From contig JAPOSW010000128.1 in the NCBI GenBank assembly GCA_026709505.1, positions 20,261 to 84,260 on the forward strand: a DNA stretch of 64,000 nt. Reading direction: 5' to 3'. The notes under the pieces were generated by a model. That model was not told where the DNA came from, made no database searches, and worked only from the letters and a program-made list of their open reading frames with translations. How positions within the stretch are numbered: position 1 is the stretch's first letter; every line of letters begins with the position of its first letter. Positions 1-9,620 of this stretch are shown piece after piece. The translations under genes and the position numbers were made by a program. This DNA comes from Gammaproteobacteria bacterium. Its GTDB lineage: Bacteria; Pseudomonadota; Gammaproteobacteria; Arenicellales; Poriferihabitantaceae.

Positions 1-857
1 TAGTCAGCGTTGGTGCCCTAGTGCTCTCGATCATCGCCGCCCTGATCCTGGGCCGGCGCATTGCCCGACCCATCGTAAGGTTTTCCGCGGCAACCGGACA
101 AGTCCGCGACCTCAATATCAATGAGATCGGAGACCTGCCGGGTAGCGTCTTCCGCGAACTCGACCAGCAGGCCAAGTCCTTCAACGCCATGCTGCGCGCC
201 CTCCGCTGGTTCGAACTGTACATTCCCTGGAAGGTAGTCGAGCGACTGGTAAAGCACGGCGAAATCGAAGACGCGGCCTCCGCCGAGCGGGAGGTTACCG
301 TCATGTTTACCGACATTACAGGATTTTCGTCGGTTGCCGAAAACCTGTCCGCACCGGATGTTGCTGCCCTGGTAAATCGCCATTTTGAAATCGTTGCCGG
401 ATGCATCGAGGCCGAAGACGGCACTGTCGACAAATTCATCGGCGATTCCGTGATGGCTTTCTGGGGCGCCCCGGAAGCACAGCCAGATGCCGCTGAACGG
501 GCCTGCCGCGCGGCACTGTCAATCGCCGATGGGGTGAGGACGGAGAATGTCCGGCGTCGGGCCGCAGGCGAGGTACCGCTCGACATCCGAATCGGCATAC
601 ATTCCGGTAACGCTACGGTCGGCAATATCGGTGCGCCCGGTCGCATCAACTATACCATTATCGGTGACACCGTCAACATAGGCCAGCGTCTCGAGCAACT
701 CGTCAGGACGCTATATCCAGCAGGCAACGAGGCGACGATTCTGGTAAGCGGCACGACGGCATCGGAACTTGGCCCGGATTTCTGTCCTACGCCAGTCGGC
801 AGGTATCCCTTGAAAGGCCGGTCTGGCGAGGTCGATGTCTTCAAGCTCGGCGGCTGA
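1..857 (+). CDS. Class III adenylate/guanylate cyclase, C-terminal part (HAMP-like linker + cyclase domain); the 5' end lies outside the window
   Basis: Frame open from nt 1. Cyclase motifs VTVMFTDITGFS, KFIGDSVMAFWGAP, IRIGIHSG. TGA at 855-857. Confidence 0.8.
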   Translation, partial: VSVGALVLSIIAALILGRRIARPIVRFSAATGQVRDLNINEIGDLPGSVFRELDQQAKSFNAMLRALRWFELYIPWKVVERLVKHGEIEDAASAEREVTVMFTDITGFSSVAENLSAPDVAALVNRHFEIVAGCIEAEDGTVDKFIGDSVMAFWGAPEAQPDAAERACRAALSIADGVRTENVRRRAAGEVPLDIRIGIHSGNATVGNIGAPGRINYTIIGDTVNIGQRLEQLVRTLYPAGNEATILVSGTTASELGPDFCPTPVGRYPLKGRSGEVDVFKLGG

Positions 858-941
858 AAGACGATGCAATCACCGGTTCGAAGGTGGGATGACGACAATT
901 CAATTGGGCAATCGGATATGCATCACCCTCCCAATCAACGA

Positions 942-1322
942 CTATAGCATGTCATGCTCTTTAAGAACTTTACGCGCAACCCGGAAGCATTCGAGAGACT
1001 GGGGTACGCCACAATAAATGCCGATGACATGAATGATGGCCCGGATTTCCTGCATGCTGACGCCATTGTTTATTGCTCCGCGACAATGGATTTCCCACTC
1101 GTTCATTTTGCCCAAAGCACCGATCATCGCAAGGTTCATCATGGACCGAGTCTTGGGCTCAATAACTTCATCGCCCCACCCAAATCCCCAGCACCATGCG
1201 GTCATTGCCTCCTGAAACGACCGGGTTAACTCGTCTGCGTTATCAAGATTATTTTGTACATATGCATCCCCAAGAGTCTCTTTGCGTTTTGCAAGGCCTT
1301 TGGAAAAAAGATCATTATCCAT
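942..1322 (-). CDS. Carboxymuconolactone decarboxylase (CMD/AhpD-like) family protein
   Basis: 126 aa. The pattern WGD..IEPKTRSMMNLAMIGALGK..E...H.RGA.NNGVS..EI is typical of gamma-CMD family proteins. Confidence 0.7.
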   Translation of the reverse strand: MDNDLFSKGLAKRKETLGDAYVQNNLDNADELTRSFQEAMTAWCWGFGWGDEVIEPKTRSMMNLAMIGALGKMNEWEIHCRGAINNGVSMQEIRAIIHVIGIYCGVPQSLECFRVARKVLKEHDML

Positions 1323-1405
1323 GGTAATTTACCCTGTATTCTAAAATTGCGTGAGGCATATATTATGCTATACAATGCCTCGACCGAATCCGAAATCTGG
1401 CGGCA

Positions 1406-3847
1406 TCAGTCATCTGAACGTGGTCGTCTGTTTTCCGGGTCAAACTGGGCATCAGCGATAACCGAAGCCCTTCGTGGCGTGTTGAGGACCAGAACTTCAA
1501 GCTCGGTACCCGGCAGTGCAAATTCAGGTTTCACATAGCCAAACGCCAGATACTGTCCGATTGCATAGCCATATCCTCCGGAAGAAATATGCCCGACCGG
1601 GAGATTTCCGTGAAGAACCGTTTCACCGCCCAATGGGTCGGCAATGGGTGCAGAATTATCCGGCTCTTCCAGCCTGAGATAGGCCAATTTCCAGCGCACG
1701 GCCTCAGCGGTTGAAATTCCCGCGCCCTGAAAGCCACGATCCCTCGAGAAGCGCATGACGCCTGCTTCGGATAGCGTCACCTCCGATGTTATCTCGTGGC
1801 CGGACCGATAGGCCTTTTCCATGCGCATGGCATTCAGCGAAGCAGAACCAGTGTGGACGATATCCTGACTGAGCGACGTGTTCATGAGGGCAGTATAAAC
1901 CTTGAGCATTTGATTCACGGGCACATGCAGCTCCCAGCCCAGTTCTCCAGAGTAGGCAACACGCATCGCCCTGATATTTTCAACCTCGCCGACCTTCATG
2001 GTCTGGGCAGACAGCCATCGAAAATTCGCATTGTGTAGATTGGCATCGGTGCATTCTGCGAGGATTCGGCGAGATGCCGGGCCGGCAAGCATGATGACCC
2101 CCAGTTTGCTGGAGACATTGGCAAGAGTGATGCTTTCATCATCGAGCTTTTGTGAATTCAGCCAATGGAACAGGTAAGCCTCCCGGGCTGCGGCATACAC
2201 CAGGTAATATCGATTTTCCCCGAGTTTGACAAGCGTGGTCTCGCCTTCAATCCTTCCATTTGCGGCAATGAGGTAAGTCAGAGAAATGCTGCCCCGTTTG
2301 GCAGGAATACGATTGGAGGAAATCCGGTTCAAATACTGGTCTGCATGCTCGCCGGATAGCTCAAGTTTTGAAAAAGCGCTCAAGTCGGCAATTCCGGCAT
2401 AGGCACGAAGCTGCCTGACCTCTTCTCCGACAACATCATGCAAGCGAGTCCTGGTGAAACTCTCGATATGCTGTTGAGGTATATTTCCTGTCGCATACCA
2501 GTAAGGCCTCTCCCATCCTCCGATATCCTGGTAGACCGCGCCTTTTTGCTTGAGAGCATCGTACAGGGGGGTCGTTTTCGAATGCGATGGACGACAACCC
2601 GGACGATCAAGGGCAGGGAACGGGATTTCGTGCCTCAGCAGGTAGTCTTCCCTGGCTTTTTCAATGCGGTAGGTATCGTCAAGCCGAGCCCCGAAACGCA
2701 TGGGGTCAAAGCTGTTCATTGAAATATCCGCTGCACCATGAGTCATCCACTGAGCCAGGTATTTTCCTGCACCCGGCCCCCAGGCAATGCCCACTTGCGA
2801 ACCGCAGCACAGCCAGTAGTTTGGAATCTTGCAGGGTCCCAGCAGCATGTTGCCATCCGGGGGATGGGTGATGGCGCCATGAACGACGCGGCGAATGCCA
2901 AGTTCGGCAAAGACCGGCATTCTTTCCATTGCATTTTCAAGCCAGGGCATAATTCTCCCGAAATCCGGTTCAAACAGTTCATTTTCCGATGCCCATGGGG
3001 TTCCCTGGTCCCACACGGTCGCTGCATTGGCTTTCTCGTAGATGCCGATCAATCCTGACTGCTGCTCCATGCGGATGTAGCCTGAAACTTTTTGATCATC
3101 CCTGACCACCGGGAGTTCCCGCTCAAGGCCCGCAAATTCCGGCACCGGCTCTGTCACCAGGTAATGGTGTAGAAGGTTGGCGATCGGAAGGTCAAGGCCC
3201 GCCCATGCGCCAACCTGGCGTGCATAGGCGCCAGCTGCGTTGACTACCCGTTCAGCAAGAATCTCGCCTTGCTCGGTTTGAATGCGGAATTCTCCGTTGC
3301 TGAGTATTTCCATCCCAATAGCGCGCCGGTTGCGCAAAATGCTGCACCCCATCATGCGCGCACCACGAGCCATGGCAAATGTCACCCCGGCTGGGTCAAC
3401 ATGACCATCGTCCGGCGTATGCAGGGCAGCCTTGACTCCATCAAGATTGTAGAAGGGGTGGAGCTCGCGAATCCTGTCCGGCTGGATAATTTCCATGTCA
3501 TGTCCGATGCCACGACCCATTGAGGCGGTGTAATGCAGCCAGTCCACCTCATCATCCAGGTAGGCAAGGCGCAGGCTTCCACAGCCATGCCAGCTGCAGG
3601 ACTGTCCGGTTTCACTCTCGAGTTGCGGATACAGCCCTGTCCCGTGGGAGGCCATCTTGGCCAGTGAATAATGACTGACAGAGTGAGTAATTTGGCCTGC
3701 CGCATGCCAAGTTGAACCGCTGGTCAGTTCGCCCTTTTCCAGCAATACAATATCGCTATCGCCTTCCTTGCAAAGGTGATAGGCGAGTGAGCAGCCCATG
3801 ATCCCGCCGCCAATAATCACGGTTCGTGCCTGAATCTGATTGGTCAT
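1406..3847 (-). CDS. FAD-dependent oxidoreductase fused to a GcvT-like folate-binding domain (dimethylglycine/sarcosine dehydrogenase family)
   Basis: N-terminal dinucleotide fold VIIGGGIMGCSLAYHL. About 810 aa, the DAO + aminomethyltransferase architecture. ATG at 3847 chosen just before the GxGxxG motif (ORF extends to 3874). Confidence 0.85.
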   Translation of the reverse strand: MTNQIQARTVIIGGGIMGCSLAYHLCKEGDSDIVLLEKGELTSGSTWHAAGQITHSVSHYSLAKMASHGTGLYPQLESETGQSCSWHGCGSLRLAYLDDEVDWLHYTASMGRGIGHDMEIIQPDRIRELHPFYNLDGVKAALHTPDDGHVDPAGVTFAMARGARMMGCSILRNRRAIGMEILSNGEFRIQTEQGEILAERVVNAAGAYARQVGAWAGLDLPIANLLHHYLVTEPVPEFAGLERELPVVRDDQKVSGYIRMEQQSGLIGIYEKANAATVWDQGTPWASENELFEPDFGRIMPWLENAMERMPVFAELGIRRVVHGAITHPPDGNMLLGPCKIPNYWLCCGSQVGIAWGPGAGKYLAQWMTHGAADISMNSFDPMRFGARLDDTYRIEKAREDYLLRHEIPFPALDRPGCRPSHSKTTPLYDALKQKGAVYQDIGGWERPYWYATGNIPQQHIESFTRTRLHDVVGEEVRQLRAYAGIADLSAFSKLELSGEHADQYLNRISSNRIPAKRGSISLTYLIAANGRIEGETTLVKLGENRYYLVYAAAREAYLFHWLNSQKLDDESITLANVSSKLGVIMLAGPASRRILAECTDANLHNANFRWLSAQTMKVGEVENIRAMRVAYSGELGWELHVPVNQMLKVYTALMNTSLSQDIVHTGSASLNAMRMEKAYRSGHEITSEVTLSEAGVMRFSRDRGFQGAGISTAEAVRWKLAYLRLEEPDNSAPIADPLGGETVLHGNLPVGHISSGGYGYAIGQYLAFGYVKPEFALPGTELEVLVLNTPRRASVIADAQFDPENRRPRSDD

Positions 3848-4014
3848 ACAAGGATATGCGGGGTGCAAAAACAATGCCGTGAATGATACACTCGTATCAA
3901 AATACAGGGCAAGTGTTCATTTGTCACATTTCAGCATTTTAATTGAAGCCGAACTGGCCTGGCAATGAATGACCACGAATCAATCTTGAAACGCGCGAGG
4001 TAATCACGAACCGT

Positions 4015-4905
4015 ATGCCCAGCAGCGAGTCAAAACCGGCCAATCAGGAAGCAGTCGTCAAGCGATTGCTCGAAATGATTGACGATCTGCCGGGCAAGCT
4101 GCAGATAGCGGCCCGGTACATCATTGATCATCCTCATGAAGTGGGCATCAACACCATGCGCAATCTGGCTTCGGAGGCAGGAATTCACCCCAACTGTTTC
4201 GTGCGTCTTGCACGTGAACTGGGCTTCAGTGGTCATGAGGAGATGCGTGAGCGATTTCGTGATTTTGTCAGAAGCGGTTTCGGCAGCAGTTCACACCGAG
4301 TCAAGCATCTGCAGAAACTCGAGAAACAGGGAGGAACTTCGAGCATCATGGCTGGAATCGCTGAATCAATTCTCAATAATCATGTGCAGACCATCCAATC
4401 CCTGGATGCACAGGTCCTTGAGCGGGCTGCCGAGTGGATGTGGAACAGTGATCGGGTTTATGTCCTGGGTTTGGGGGCAGGATATCCTCTGGCCTTCAAC
4501 TTCTGGTATGTGGCCCGCATGATTCGTGAGCATTTCATACTGATTCCGAGGCATGGCAGCCTGGCAATGGATGACATGCTGCATGCGGGAGCCGGGGACT
4601 TGCTGTTCTGCATGACGTTTCAGCCATATCGCACGGATATACTGGAAACCATGCGTTTTGCCAAACGGCAAGGGGTCAGGGTTATCGGCTTGTCCGACAG
4701 CTCGGCGGCAAAGATATACCGGGAGGCCGATCTTGGCCTGTGCGCACCCACCCACACCCCGCAGTTCTTTCACAGCAATGCTGCTGTGACGGGTCTTCTG
4801 GAAATGCTGTGTGCGATTCTGGCTGTAAAGGGCGGAAAGACGGCTTCCCGTCATATTGAAGAACTCAATTCCCTGCGTTGGGAGTGCGGGATTTATGAAG
4901 AGTAG
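4015..4905 (+). CDS. MurR/RpiR-family transcriptional regulator (HTH + SIS domain)
   Basis: 296 aa. N-terminal HTH region (LQIAARYIIDHPHEV...NTMRNLASEAGIHPNCFVRLAREL) and C-terminal SIS-like region (RVYVLGLGAGYPLA). Divergent from the flavoenzyme gene. Confidence 0.8.
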   Translation: MPSSESKPANQEAVVKRLLEMIDDLPGKLQIAARYIIDHPHEVGINTMRNLASEAGIHPNCFVRLARELGFSGHEEMRERFRDFVRSGFGSSSHRVKHLQKLEKQGGTSSIMAGIAESILNNHVQTIQSLDAQVLERAAEWMWNSDRVYVLGLGAGYPLAFNFWYVARMIREHFILIPRHGSLAMDDMLHAGAGDLLFCMTFQPYRTDILETMRFAKRQGVRVIGLSDSSAAKIYREADLGLCAPTHTPQFFHSNAAVTGLLEMLCAILAVKGGKTASRHIEELNSLRWECGIYEE

Positions 4906-4993
4906 CCAGACGCATCACAGTCCGTTTGGGACCAGGATATTATCCATGGGGACCAAGCGGACGATTGAGGGTTATTAGGAAACAGTCCCTGCC

Positions 4994-5028
4994 AAAAAAA
5001 AGCCCACCGTCCGAAACCGGACGATGGG
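4994..5028 (-). terminator. Rho-independent terminator of the phasin gene
   Basis: Minus-strand RNA: CCCAUCGUCCG-GUUU-CGGACGGUGGG, an 11-bp stem with one G-U pair, followed by C + U8. The same position is a C-A mismatch on the plus strand, so it is strand-specific. Lies 46 nt after the phasin stop. Confidence 0.65.
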
Positions 5029-5073
5029 ACACCAACAAGAGGAGGTTAATGATAAAGTTGCGATCGGTTGCGA

Positions 5074-5409
5074 TCAGGCCGCTTTCTTGACGACAGGAGC
5101 CGCTTTTTTCGCTGTCGGCAGCCTGCGAGCTTCTTCAATGAACTCGGCATTGATTTTGCCCAGGGCTTCCAGATCGCCGGTGACCTGCTCGTTGACTTTC
5201 TTGGCCACTGCCTTGAGATCTTCCACGTAGGCATTGAGTTCTTCAATGGTCTTGACTTCAAGCCCGGCATTCAGGTTTTTGAACCCCAGGTCAGCATAGG
5301 CCTTGAAGCTATCGAGCTGCATTCCAATGACGGTTTCAGCGTTTTTCAGAACCAGCTGATTGAACGCAATGGCCGGTGCCATGAAGTTGTTAATTTCGGA
5401 TGTTTTCAT
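5074..5409 (-). CDS. Phasin-family (PHA granule-associated) protein
   Basis: 111 aa, helical, low complexity, with a Lys/Ala-rich tail (PTAKKAAPVVKKAA). N-terminal AFNQLVLKNAETV..MQLDSFKAY resembles phasin family proteins. Confidence 0.7.
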   Translation of the reverse strand: MKTSEINNFMAPAIAFNQLVLKNAETVIGMQLDSFKAYADLGFKNLNAGLEVKTIEELNAYVEDLKAVAKKVNEQVTGDLEALGKINAEFIEEARRLPTAKKAAPVVKKAA

Positions 5410-5440
5410 TTTTCAGTACCTGTAATTGATATTTGATTGA

Positions 5441-5480
5441 ATTGTGCAATGCATCATAATGCCGTTTATTGTGCATTGCA
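5441..5480. promoter_or_regulatory. Candidate operator: two copies of ATTGTGCAWTGCA upstream of the phasin gene
   Basis: ATTGTGCAATGCA (5441-5453) and ATTGTGCATTGCA (5468-5480), 27 nt apart. Each contains a TGCA-N-TGCA near-palindrome. An extremely AT-rich tract follows at 5485-5530. Confidence 0.3.
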
Positions 5481-5693
5481 ACATTTTTTACATATTATTT
5501 TTTTATTAATATAATAAATATTATGTATATGTTATGCTTCAGGCAGAAAACATTGTGCGACAGGCGCAGCATGCCCGATCGCAATAAAACTAGCGCGACT
5601 GATTGTTCGATGATGGAAATGGGGATCGATGCGCCACTCTTCTCCCGGGATACGCACCGATGCCGAACAGCAAAGCGAGAAAGCGAGAATCAG

Positions 5694-6023
5694 TCACAAT
5701 TTGAAATCGGCTTGACCGTGCGGCAGGTTGCCGGCCGGAGCCATCATGGTGCTCGGAATTGGCATGGTCTGTGCCAAGTTGGGATAGCATGACATTCCCA
5801 TGAACCCCATGATTGGCATGAGCACAAGGGAACTCGCGGCTACGGCGAGAGCAGAAATCCGGCACCGGGAACGAACAGCCCAGAAAACCTCGAGTGCATG
5901 CTCAACGGGGCTTGATTGAGCAACCGTGAACTCAATTTCCCTGCCTGCAGCATCAAGGCTGAATAGTACTATGCTGACGGTTTCTGGATCTGCTTGGCTT
6001 TCTGGACCTGCCTCAATCTGCAT
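5694..6023 (-). CDS. Hypothetical protein with a Met-rich C-terminus (coding status uncertain)
   Basis: ORF 5694-6131. Internal ATG at 6023 would overlap the PPTase stop by only 11 nt. C-terminus LMPIMGFMGMS..MPIPSTMMAP. Competing ORFs exist in other frames. Confidence 0.25.
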   Translation of the reverse strand: MQIEAGPESQADPETVSIVLFSLDAAGREIEFTVAQSSPVEHALEVFWAVRSRCRISALAVAASSLVLMPIMGFMGMSCYPNLAQTMPIPSTMMAPAGNLPHGQADFKL

Positions 6024-6900
6024 GCCTGTGATGAGCGCACAGCGATTCGGCCCCAGTTTCAAGTGAAGAATCTGCAGTCCACCTGAATGCCCGCAGTTCG
6101 GGATGGAGGGGATTGGCGCGAGGTGCGTCATACATCAATGCAGCAGAGCCGGGAATCGGCAGCCTGACCTGAATGCCGTAAACACTGTCATTGGCCATTC
6201 GGTTCTGCGTCTGATCAAAGAGGCCTGTGACCTTTGATTCCCAACATGCTGACCTCAAGCTCTCGATCAGGGTCGTTTGGTTCATGCTGTACAAAATGCC
6301 TACACCCAGCAGCTTGCCATATGCTTCCTTTCGCGTCCAAAAATCCAGCATGGCTTCATTATGGCGAGAAGAATCAATCTGGCTGAATTGCCTTCTCTCG
6401 TACAGGGAAAGGATTCGGCGTGACAAGCCCTGAACATGCACTTTTCTCGGATGCACCTCAAGGTCGATGCCCAGCTCCCGGGTCTTGGAAAATGCATACA
6501 GTGCATAATTCGACGAGACCGAATAGTTGAAATTCAGCTGACCTGAGTCCCTGGCCAGTGCGGGCTTTCCCTTTGCCCCGTGCTCAAGCCGCACTTGCCG
6601 TACCGGACAACCGGTATAGGCACTGACAAGCACTTTCAGCCCAACTCGTCCGGCTATGTAGATTGTCCGTCTGTTGGCGTTGAGCAGCCTTGCGGCTCGT
6701 TCTCGTTCCCGACCGCTCAACAATTCTTCAGGATTTGCTTTTTGCAGGGAATTCAGCAAATCATCAGCACAGACCAGCCATAGGTGCACTTCATTCGGAT
6801 CGATGGACATTGGACGAAAGGCCGAAATCCAGGTCATTGCAAGGCTAGCCGGCCATTGACACGCTCCGTCATTCTTTGCATTATTCGATATTGTAGTCAC
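6013..6900 (-). CDS. Sfp-type 4'-phosphopantetheinyl transferase
   Basis: Family signature FWTRKEAYGKLLG (W/F-x-x-K-E-A) and upstream GKP/ FN.S motifs (GAKGKPAL, NFNYSVS). Start uncertain (alternative ATG at 6837). Confidence 0.75.
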   Translation of the reverse strand: MTTISNNAKNDGACQWPASLAMTWISAFRPMSIDPNEVHLWLVCADDLLNSLQKANPEELLSGRERERAARLLNANRRTIYIAGRVGLKVLVSAYTGCPVRQVRLEHGAKGKPALARDSGQLNFNYSVSSNYALYAFSKTRELGIDLEVHPRKVHVQGLSRRILSLYERRQFSQIDSSRHNEAMLDFWTRKEAYGKLLGVGILYSMNQTTLIESLRSACWESKVTGLFDQTQNRMANDSVYGIQVRLPIPGSAALMYDAPRANPLHPELRAFRWTADSSLETGAESLCAHHRHAD

Positions 6901-7152
6901 TGGATATCAAGCATAGAGAGAAAATAACCACGTCACTATTGCAATAGCTTCTTCCGGCAGATTGGGAGGCATGCAGCGAAACCCTCTTCATGCTGATTGC
7001 GCGGAACACTCTGGAATTTTTTGGAAATGTCAGCCCGATTGCCCAGCGCAGCCGGCAAGCCTGGATTCAACAGTCCTCAGGCGGAGCTGATTACGATCTC
7101 AGCCTTGGCACTGGAATGCACGGAATCGGCTACCGAATTGAATTCTGCTCGC

Positions 7153-8280
7153 CTATAACAATTCTCGAATGTATTTTTCCCGGGCAAGGCGCCAGAACAC
7201 GACAATGAACGCGGTCAGTGGAATCGCAAGAATCATGCCTAGCAAGCTGTTTAGGGCCGCGCCCCAGAAAAACACGCCAACGATGATCATCAGGGGATTC
7301 AACCCGGTTGCCTTGCCCATGATGCGGGGAGTCAGAATGTAGCTCTCAATGAGCTGCACACCCGCAAAAATACCAAGAGTCAGAGCAGCCAGCATCAGTC
7401 CCCCGTCGATCTGGAACCATGCGGTAGGCAGGCAGATTGCGAGCCCCAGGATGGTGCCGAGAAACGGTATGATGTTCAACAAGCCAAGAATCAGGCCGAG
7501 GGCAACACCGTATTGAAGTCCGATCACGGAGAATCCGATTGCCAGAATTACGCCTTGGATCAAGGCAATCACAATCTGTCCTCTGAAAAACACCACGATC
7601 AGGCTGAAGAACTCTCGGATTAGATTAATGACAGTGGCGGCGGTTGTCGATTTGAGAAATGGCAGATGCCGTGGTTCCAGAGAGCCGGGGCGAACCTTGT
7701 CCATGACCAGAAACAAGGCCAGATAGACAGGGGTGACGGCCCAGCCCAGAAGAGAGAGCACCGTCGATGCAATACTGGAGCCGGCAGAGACAACGCCGGA
7801 GACCAGTTGCTTGCCGAACGTCAGTAGCGGCCCGGCCAAGTCGTCCTTCATCGATGCGAGTTGTTGCTTGAGCTGCTCAAATCCGATCAGTCTATCGAGT
7901 TTGGGCAATTGTTCTCGAGACCAGTTGATCAGCACATTCAGCATGCTCGGAACCTGTTCCAGAATGCCGACAGCCTGATTGAGGATGAGTGCGCCAAAAG
8001 TCGTCATAATGGCGATGATCGGCACAAGCAGCGACAGGAATACTGACAGCACTGCCAGTGGCGCGGGCATTCTTGCACGCAGCAGCTTGTACCAGGGATC
8101 CAGTACCATGGCGATCACGGCGGCCACTGCTAACGGCAAAAACACTGCTTCAAAGGCTTGGAAGAACTTTGCCAGGAAATACAGGAATACGACCACTCCA
8201 GTGATCACCAGCCCGGACCCCAGCACGGTAACGCCAGCTGCAATGATTTTCTTCTGGATGTCCGAAGGTTCTATATTCAT
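7153..8280 (-). CDS. AI-2E family transporter (PerM/UPF0118)
   Basis: 375 aa polytopic membrane protein. The C-terminal half (IPFLG..., L.P.IMG, FWG...G..G..LA.PL) is typical of the family. Confidence 0.8.
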   Translation of the reverse strand: MNIEPSDIQKKIIAAGVTVLGSGLVITGVVVFLYFLAKFFQAFEAVFLPLAVAAVIAMVLDPWYKLLRARMPAPLAVLSVFLSLLVPIIAIMTTFGALILNQAVGILEQVPSMLNVLINWSREQLPKLDRLIGFEQLKQQLASMKDDLAGPLLTFGKQLVSGVVSAGSSIASTVLSLLGWAVTPVYLALFLVMDKVRPGSLEPRHLPFLKSTTAATVINLIREFFSLIVVFFRGQIVIALIQGVILAIGFSVIGLQYGVALGLILGLLNIIPFLGTILGLAICLPTAWFQIDGGLMLAALTLGIFAGVQLIESYILTPRIMGKATGLNPLMIIVGVFFWGAALNSLLGMILAIPLTAFIVVFWRLAREKYIRELL

Positions 8281-8495
8281 GGATGCAGGGAAAGGACAGT
8301 ATGCAATGCGCTGAGCCGCATTCGGTCAAGATCAGTCATGCCTGCAATCATGCACGGTTGACCTTGCAGAATCAAGAAAACCAGGCGATGAAATACTCGA
8401 AAATTCATATGTATCAATATTGATTTTTCTGGTACAAATGTACTATATTAGATCTGTCGGGCGATTTCCCGGCTTGTTTGTCTTGGTGAATTCAC

Positions 8496-9620
8496 ATGTC
8501 TTCGAATGCCATTTCCGAACCGATTCCGGGACTCTCTGCCGAGTATTTCACGGATGTCCGAATCCATGAAAAAATCAAGCGCAAGGTGTTCTTCAAGACA
8601 TGGCAGCTTGCCTGCCATGAAAGTCGGGTCCGGCGCAAGGGCGATTATTTCACCCTGACCCTGCTTGATCAGGATATCGTTATTGTCCGGGATGGAAAAA
8701 TGCAGCTGCAGGCCTTCTACAATGTTTGCCAGCATCGGGGGCATCGACTTCTTGAAGGTCAGGGCAACAAGCAGCGCATCAGTTGTCCTTATCATTCCTG
8801 GACCTATGATCTGGCGGGCCAGTTGATCGCTGCTCCCAATTCCAGCTCGGTTTCCGGATTTGATGCCTCCCGCATTTGCATCCCGAAAATCCGCATCGAG
8901 AATTTCCTGGGTTTCGTGTTCATCAATCTGGATGAAAAGGCTCCCGGCATGGATGAATGCTATTCCGGCGTTCGGCAGGCAATACTGGATCTGTGTCCCG
9001 ACATTGAGTCGCGCCAATTTGCTTTTGAACATCATGCCAATGAAGGCTGCAACTGGCTGACTGCGGTCGAGAATTACAACGAATGCTATCACTGCAAGCT
9101 TGCCCATGCCGAGTTTGCCAAGGGAATTATTGATCCGGCCAGCTACAGCATCGTGCCGTTTGGCCAAGGCAGGGTGCTTGAACACACCTCCAGGCCGAGT
9201 CAGAGTAGCCAGGCCTGGTACGACATGCAGAGTTCGGACTATGCCAGCTATTACCTGTGGCCGACGAGTTCAATCCAGGTTTATCCGGGCGGATTGGTCA
9301 ATACTTATCACTGGCGGCCATTGTCGGTTGATGATGTATGCGTATATCGAGGCTGGTATTCCGACGACGGTCAAATAAGCGATACATTGCAGAAAGTCAT
9401 TGATCTGGATCGCAAGACTACGTTTTCAGAAGATTTGGAACTGGTACGCAATGTCCAGCGCGGCCTGCACTCCCTAGGGTACCGCCCTGGCCCATTAGTC
9501 GTTGATCCGGCCGGTGGGATAGACAACGAATTATCGATTGCTGTTCTTCACGAGTGGCTGAGAGAATCGCTTGGCGAGTCCCGAGTCCGCACAGCCATCC
9601 TTTGCAGTCCGGTACAATGA
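8496..9620 (+). CDS. Rieske [2Fe-2S] non-haem-iron oxygenase alpha subunit, CntA/GbcA-like
   Basis: Rieske motif CQHRGHRLLEG..x..CPYHSWTY. Mononuclear iron motif ENYNECYHCKLAH. C-terminal SEDLELVRNVQRGL matches the carnitine/betaine monooxygenase pattern. Confidence 0.85.
   Translation: MSSNAISEPIPGLSAEYFTDVRIHEKIKRKVFFKTWQLACHESRVRRKGDYFTLTLLDQDIVIVRDGKMQLQAFYNVCQHRGHRLLEGQGNKQRISCPYHSWTYDLAGQLIAAPNSSSVSGFDASRICIPKIRIENFLGFVFINLDEKAPGMDECYSGVRQAILDLCPDIESRQFAFEHHANEGCNWLTAVENYNECYHCKLAHAEFAKGIIDPASYSIVPFGQGRVLEHTSRPSQSSQAWYDMQSSDYASYYLWPTSSIQVYPGGLVNTYHWRPLSVDDVCVYRGWYSDDGQISDTLQKVIDLDRKTTFSEDLELVRNVQRGLHSLGYRPGPLVVDPAGGIDNELSIAVLHEWLRESLGESRVRTAILCSPVQ

Noticed and set aside
8448-9185. 245-aa minus-strand ORF. 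The same applies to 9866-10558(-), 14292-14753(-), 33184-33780(+), 32648-33166(+), 29728-30243(+), 36943-37485(+), 46747-47307(-), 50968-51471(+), 52885-53508(+) and 57589-58122(-).
   Set aside because: Each is antisense to a gene with unambiguous catalytic motifs (Rieske, aminotransferase, hydantoinase, SDR, ABC, MttB, pterin-binding, B12-binding or homocysteine methyltransferase). None shows a recognisable motif of its own.
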